From assembly GCA_040260805.1 (NCBI GenBank), contig JBDQPD010000040.1, positions 1 to 28,715 of the forward strand: a DNA stretch of 28,715 bases, read 5' to 3'. The notes under the pieces were generated by a model. It was given only the letters and a program-made list of their open reading frames with translations, did not search any database and had not been told where the DNA came from. Shown here in pieces: positions 24,415 through 28,715 of the stretch. Position numbers and translations under genes: made by a program. Source of the stretch: Myxococcota bacterium. Lineage in GTDB: Bacteria > Myxococcota > UBA4151. Every line of letters starts with the position of its first letter. The stretch's first letter is position 1.

Positions 24415-27105
24415 ATGCGTCTCTCGGTCACACTGCTGAGCCCTTTGTTGCTGGTCTCGCTCGCCTGCAGCGAGTGGATTGCGCCGGTGCAAGATACGGC
24501 TCAGCGGTGCATCGCCGATTCGGATTGTTCGGACACCTTCTTTTGCCAGAATGGTCGCTGTCTACGCTCGAGCAGTCCGCGCTGCGGAGACGGCGTCATT
24601 GGCGCCAACGAGACCTGCGATGACGGCAACCGAGTCGACAGCGATGGTTGCGTGGATTGCCGTTTGGCGCGTTGCGGTGATGCGTTCGTGCAGCTCGGCG
24701 TCGAGGCTTGCGATGAGGGCGACGGGGTAAACGCCAACGATCTAGCGGACCGCTGCCGCGCCGACTGCAACCTCGCTCGCTGCGGCGATGGCACGGTGGA
24801 CACTGGGGAGGCTTGCGACGATGGGATCGCCAACTCGATCGAGGTCGCCGATCGGTGCCGGATCGACTGCACCTCGCCGCGTTGCGGCGATGGGGTGATC
24901 GACAGCGGTGAAGCCTGTGACGACGCCAACTCGGTCGCTACTGATGGATGCTCAAACGCATGTCAGCAAGCCCGCTGTGGTGATGGTCTGGTGCGCACCG
25001 ACCTCGCCGAGGATCATCCCGACTATGAACACTGCGACGACGGCAACACCGTCGATGACGACGACTGCGATCGCTACTGCGGGCGCGGGATCGTCGCCTC
25101 GGCAAACACGCTCTACTCGACCTGCGTTGCGCGCCATCATGGCGCCGTGTGGTGCTGGGGTCAGATCGCTGACCAAAACGATCACAACATCACCTTGCGC
25201 CCCATTAAGATCGCCATCCCTGACCGTATGGTCGAGCTGGTCGGCGTCACGTCGGAGAACTTGTTTTGGGGCCGATCAGACCAAGGAAAGGTCTACGCCT
25301 GGAGCGGCGCCGTCGCCCAGCAGGTTAGCCTTGGGGAGCGTCAAGCCGTCCGGCTTCGGATCATCAACACAGGCGCCGGCGTCAATGCTTTTGTCTGTAC
25401 GCGCGACGGCGTGATCCTGAAGTTCAACTACCTCGGGACCTCAAGCCCTCAAGTGATCCAAGGTCCAGCTGAAGGTATGATCGATTGCGCCGTCGCCGGC
25501 ACTCACAATTCGACCTACTGCGCATGGACGCCTGAGCGACGGCTGTATTGTTGGGGCAACAACAGCTGGTCTCAGCTCGGCGATGGCACCCAGCAGGCCG
25601 CAGAGGACCCACAGCCTGCGCCAATTGCTCCCGTGCTTGATTTTACGCTGAGCCAAGATGGCGATGGCTTGCGCACCTGTGCGCTCGATGATCAGCATGA
25701 TCTGCACTGCTGGGGAAGCAGCGTTGCCGGTATTGAGCGTGAGCCGGTACGGATCGAGGGTTTGCCCAAACTGGGTGCTTTAGATCCTGCTTGGCGTCTC
25801 GACACGGGCGTCTGGTTGAGCTCGATTGAGATTGACGCCGAAGGGCAGGTTACGTTCGTCGAGCGTGAGCACATTCTGCGCCCTCGGTCGGTCTCGCACA
25901 GCTACAGCACCCGCTGCGTGACCGACGCGGAGTTTAGGCTTTGGTGCGCTGGCGATGACCGCTACGGGACCTCGGGTGTGGGGAGAAGGTGGCGTTACCA
26001 CCCTGTTAAAGTGGCGGGCTTAGACCCCGTCTCGAGTCTCGCTCTAGGTCAACACCATGCCTGCGCTCAGCGTCGTGAGGACGGTCAGGCTTATTGCTGG
26101 GGTGGCACAGCGGATCCTCGCTTCACCTACACGGCTCGAGGGGTACTTCGAGGCGTCCGCAACGGCGACCCACCCACTTGGGTCGGCGAGTCGATCGCGC
26201 TCGACTCTGGACGGCAGCACAGCTGCTTGATCACGCCTGAGCACTCGGTGCGTTGCTGGGGTAATAATCGTAACCCTGCGAGTCCCGTTCATCTGGGCGA
26301 CGGCTGGCAGCCTGATCAGATCAGTGTTGGAGGTAATCACCAGTGTGTCTTAGTCGACGGCGACGCCTGGTGTTGGGGCGATAACGAGCAGGGCGAGAGC
26401 GGCCGAGGAGACCTCGAGGGCAGCAACACCCCCGAGCGCGTCGCAGGTTTGCCTGCCCTAGCTGCGTTGAGCTTAGGCGACACGCACAGCTGCGCGCTGA
26501 GCCAAGTGGGCGAGGTGTGGTGCTGGGGCGACAACCAATACGGTCAGGTCGGCGTCGCTGATCAAGAGGTCGCTTGGATCCCGCAGCGGGTCGATTTACC
26601 TTTTGCGGTGGCGCAGCTCAGCGCGGGCGCCAACCACAATTGCGTCCGAGCGGTCGCCGGCACCGTGCACTGCTGGGGCGGTTATCGAAACGCCACCGGC
26701 TACGCCGAACAGCTCGACGTCGATTGGCAGGTCATCCAGCCGCGCAACCCAGCGTTTGAGCCGGTGCCGGGGATCACGAACGCAAGCTGGATCAGCTCGG
26801 GTGACGGCTACGGCTGCGCCGTCTTGAGCGACTCAGCTGAGGTCGTGTGCTGGGCGGGTCAGCTCAGCTTGGTGACGGGCAGTCGAGGGTACGAGGGCCC
26901 TGAGCCGCGCTCCATCCCCGACTTGCCGCCGATCGAGCGCGTCGACGCCGGTTCAGGCTATGCCTGCGCGATCACTCCAGCCGGCGAGACCTGGTGCTGG
27001 GGCGACAACAGCACCAATCAGCTCGGCGACGACTATCCGGGCTCGGGCGTTCAGTCCTATTCGCCGGTGGATCGCTTAGACCTTCAGTGGGGTGAGGGCG
27101 AGTAG
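24415..27105 (+). CDS. Lipoprotein with five Myxococcus cysteine-rich (DUF4215-like) repeats and RCC1/BLIP-II-like beta-propeller repeats
   Basis: Lipobox VSLA-C18, five CGDG...E.CDDG(N) units, then about 12 H.C...CWG-type units (e.g. CWGNNSWSQLG, CWGDNQYGQVG). Confidence 0.9.
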   Translation: MRLSVTLLSPLLLVSLACSEWIAPVQDTAQRCIADSDCSDTFFCQNGRCLRSSSPRCGDGVIGANETCDDGNRVDSDGCVDCRLARCGDAFVQLGVEACDEGDGVNANDLADRCRADCNLARCGDGTVDTGEACDDGIANSIEVADRCRIDCTSPRCGDGVIDSGEACDDANSVATDGCSNACQQARCGDGLVRTDLAEDHPDYEHCDDGNTVDDDDCDRYCGRGIVASANTLYSTCVARHHGAVWCWGQIADQNDHNITLRPIKIAIPDRMVELVGVTSENLFWGRSDQGKVYAWSGAVAQQVSLGERQAVRLRIINTGAGVNAFVCTRDGVILKFNYLGTSSPQVIQGPAEGMIDCAVAGTHNSTYCAWTPERRLYCWGNNSWSQLGDGTQQAAEDPQPAPIAPVLDFTLSQDGDGLRTCALDDQHDLHCWGSSVAGIEREPVRIEGLPKLGALDPAWRLDTGVWLSSIEIDAEGQVTFVEREHILRPRSVSHSYSTRCVTDAEFRLWCAGDDRYGTSGVGRRWRYHPVKVAGLDPVSSLALGQHHACAQRREDGQAYCWGGTADPRFTYTARGVLRGVRNGDPPTWVGESIALDSGRQHSCLITPEHSVRCWGNNRNPASPVHLGDGWQPDQISVGGNHQCVLVDGDAWCWGDNEQGESGRGDLEGSNTPERVAGLPALAALSLGDTHSCALSQVGEVWCWGDNQYGQVGVADQEVAWIPQRVDLPFAVAQLSAGANHNCVRAVAGTVHCWGGYRNATGYAEQLDVDWQVIQPRNPAFEPVPGITNASWISSGDGYGCAVLSDSAEVVCWAGQLSLVTGSRGYEGPEPRSIPDLPPIERVDAGSGYACAITPAGETWCWGDNSTNQLGDDYPGSGVQSYSPVDRLDLQWGEGE
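24580..25083 (+). repeat. Five Myxococcus cysteine-rich repeats (protein level)
   Basis: RCGDG/RCGDA...CDDG/CDEG/CDDA units in tandem. The DNA motif cg(c/t)tg(c/t)gg(n)ga recurs. Confidence 0.85.
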
Positions 27106-27158
27106 GGGGGTCGACCGGCGGTTGTTCGCGCGTGCCCGCACGTGCTAGCCCCGCCGTT

Positions 27159-28715
27159 ATGAAATCCCTGCACCTACTCTCTTGCTTTGGTTTGGCGCTT
27201 GGCGCCTGCTCCCAAGGCGCCTTGCCCAGCTTACCCGACGACTCGGTGGAGCCCGTCCCGACCACGCTGCGTGTGGTCGAGGCCCCTGAGACGCTGGTGG
27301 CCGGCGCCTGGAGCGCGCTGAGCGTCGAGGTGCTCGACCAGCTCGGCGCCGCGATGCCCGGACAGACGATCAGCGTGGCGGTCGAGGCGCAAGGCGAGGA
27401 CTTGGGGTTGGTGCCGCCCTTGGGCAACGCCTGCACCACCGGTTTAGCGGGCCAGGCCTGCGACCTGGTGCTGCGCAGCGAAGGTCCGATGGGCGCCTAC
27501 GCGGTGCTGCTCACCAGCGGAAACGTAGCGCCGGTGCGCCTTGAGATCGAGGTGCTGCCCGCCGCCGAAGAAGCCCAGCTTGAGCTGCTCATCCCGGGGC
27601 GCCCGGCGGTGCGGTTTCGCAACGGCGAGCGCGACGTGCTCGCCTTTCAAGCCCCTGTGGAGCTCTTAGCGAGCGGTGCGCCGGTGGCGGTGGAGCTTCG
27701 CCTCAGCGACCGCCACGGCAACCCGATCTCGGCGATGATTCAAGCGCAAGCCCTGTCGGCGCAGCCGGCGCCGGTGGCGCCCGGTCCACGCGCCGACGCG
27801 GGCTCGCCTGCCGACGCCGGCACCTCAGAAGCTGGCGCCGCAGACGCTGCGCTCGGTGACGCCGCGCCAGGCGACGCCTTGGCGGCTCCAGACGTCGCGC
27901 CCGCTGCGCTCGACGCGAGCGCCAGCGACGCGCCCAGCCAAGCCGACGCCGGCGCGCCGAGCGAGACCCCGCCGACGGTGTCTTTGGGCGCCAGCTGTCA
28001 GGGTGAGCGGGCCGCCAGCGACCAAGCCATGCCCGACACCCAAGGGCGCCTGGTCCTCTGCGTCGCCGGCGGCAGCGCTATTGGCCTGGCGCAGATTCAG
28101 CTGAGCGTACCCGGCGTGCTGCAGGTCCTCAGCGCCGAGGGCGAGCTCGGCGACTCGCTCGGGTTGCGCACCAACACCTTGCCCAGCGGGCGGGTGCGGC
28201 TCACCGCGCAGGGCTCGCCGCAATTGCGCTGCGCCGCCGGCGAGCCGACCAACCCGCTGATCCTCTACGTCGTCGACGCCGCCGAGCCGCCCAACCCGGT
28301 GCCGGGCCAGCTGGTTGAGACCTCTTTTGTGGGCTTGCTCGGGGTGGCGCCGCAGACCGCGGTGAGCGGCGCTGACGGGCGCTTGACTCTGCGCGGGCGC
28401 TGCCCGGCGCGCCGCGGCGAGGCGCCGCAGCTCACCGCCTACTTAGCGAGCGACCCTGCGCAAGAGCTCAGCTACTCGGTCGAGGTGCAGATCGGCGCGG
28501 TCGCGACCGTGCTGGTGAGCCTGGACAACGGCGGCGAGGACCCCTTTTTAGAGATCGGCAGCGTCGGCGCGTTGCGGCTGCGATTGCTCGATGCGCAGGG
28601 CAACACCGTGCCTCAGGGCGCGGTGAGCTTGAGCCTGCCCGAGGGGCTCACCGTGGCTTTGGCGCTAGCCCGCCCCGCCTGCGGCGCGGCGCGTGGCGCC
28701 AGCATCCGCGGCCTG
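27159..28715 (+). CDS. Lipoprotein with tandem bacterial Ig-like (Big_1/invasin-type) domains, runs off the right edge of the window
   Basis: Absent from the ORF track, so translated by hand and open to the end (519 codons). MKSLHLLSCFGLALGA-C17 lipobox. Repeated strand motifs VEVLDQLGAAMPG, LRLSDRHGNPI, LYVVDAAEPPNPVPG and LRLLDAQGNTVP. Confidence 0.82.
   Translation, partial: MKSLHLLSCFGLALGACSQGALPSLPDDSVEPVPTTLRVVEAPETLVAGAWSALSVEVLDQLGAAMPGQTISVAVEAQGEDLGLVPPLGNACTTGLAGQACDLVLRSEGPMGAYAVLLTSGNVAPVRLEIEVLPAAEEAQLELLIPGRPAVRFRNGERDVLAFQAPVELLASGAPVAVELRLSDRHGNPISAMIQAQALSAQPAPVAPGPRADAGSPADAGTSEAGAADAALGDAAPGDALAAPDVAPAALDASASDAPSQADAGAPSETPPTVSLGASCQGERAASDQAMPDTQGRLVLCVAGGSAIGLAQIQLSVPGVLQVLSAEGELGDSLGLRTNTLPSGRVRLTAQGSPQLRCAAGEPTNPLILYVVDAAEPPNPVPGQLVETSFVGLLGVAPQTAVSGADGRLTLRGRCPARRGEAPQLTAYLASDPAQELSYSVEVQIGAVATVLVSLDNGGEDPFLEIGSVGALRLRLLDAQGNTVPQGAVSLSLPEGLTVALALARPACGAARGASIRGL

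Noticed and set aside
24580..25083. Recurring DNA motifs that could suggest a CRISPR or other nucleotide repeat array
   Set aside because: They are degenerate at third codon positions and explained by protein-level Cys-rich repeats. No cas genes are present.

Overview
A gene-dense, GC-rich bacterial window, most likely Myxococcota. That call rests on a Ser/Thr kinase-NTPase-TPR protein, Myxococcus Cys-rich repeats and lipoproteins with 'DAG' linkers. In order it holds a partial RNase E/G gene, an alanine/glycine:cation symporter with a large insertion, a frameshifted lamin-tail-domain surface protein, a very small outer-membrane beta-barrel, a short SerA, a kinase-STAND-TPR protein, an HExxH lipoprotein, two divergent aldehyde dehydrogenases, a seven-repeat lipoprotein and pyrR-pyrB-pyrC. 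It ends with a three-gene lipid operon, a Cys-rich/RCC1 lipoprotein and a partial Ig-like lipoprotein. The highlight is the operon at 18774-24324: alkyl-DHAP synthase (AGPS), a fatty acyl reductase-acyltransferase fusion and an extended SDR, which together resemble the eukaryotic peroxisomal ether-lipid pathway. From memory, a related auxiliary pathway is known in Myxococcus xanthus, so the operon may not be new, but the SDR's role is open. Other leads are a structured leader RNA with an anti-Shine-Dalgarno element, a degenerate PyrR, a structured rne leader and a possibly new ~105-aa disulfide repeat. I saw no rRNA, tRNA, CRISPR array or mobile element.
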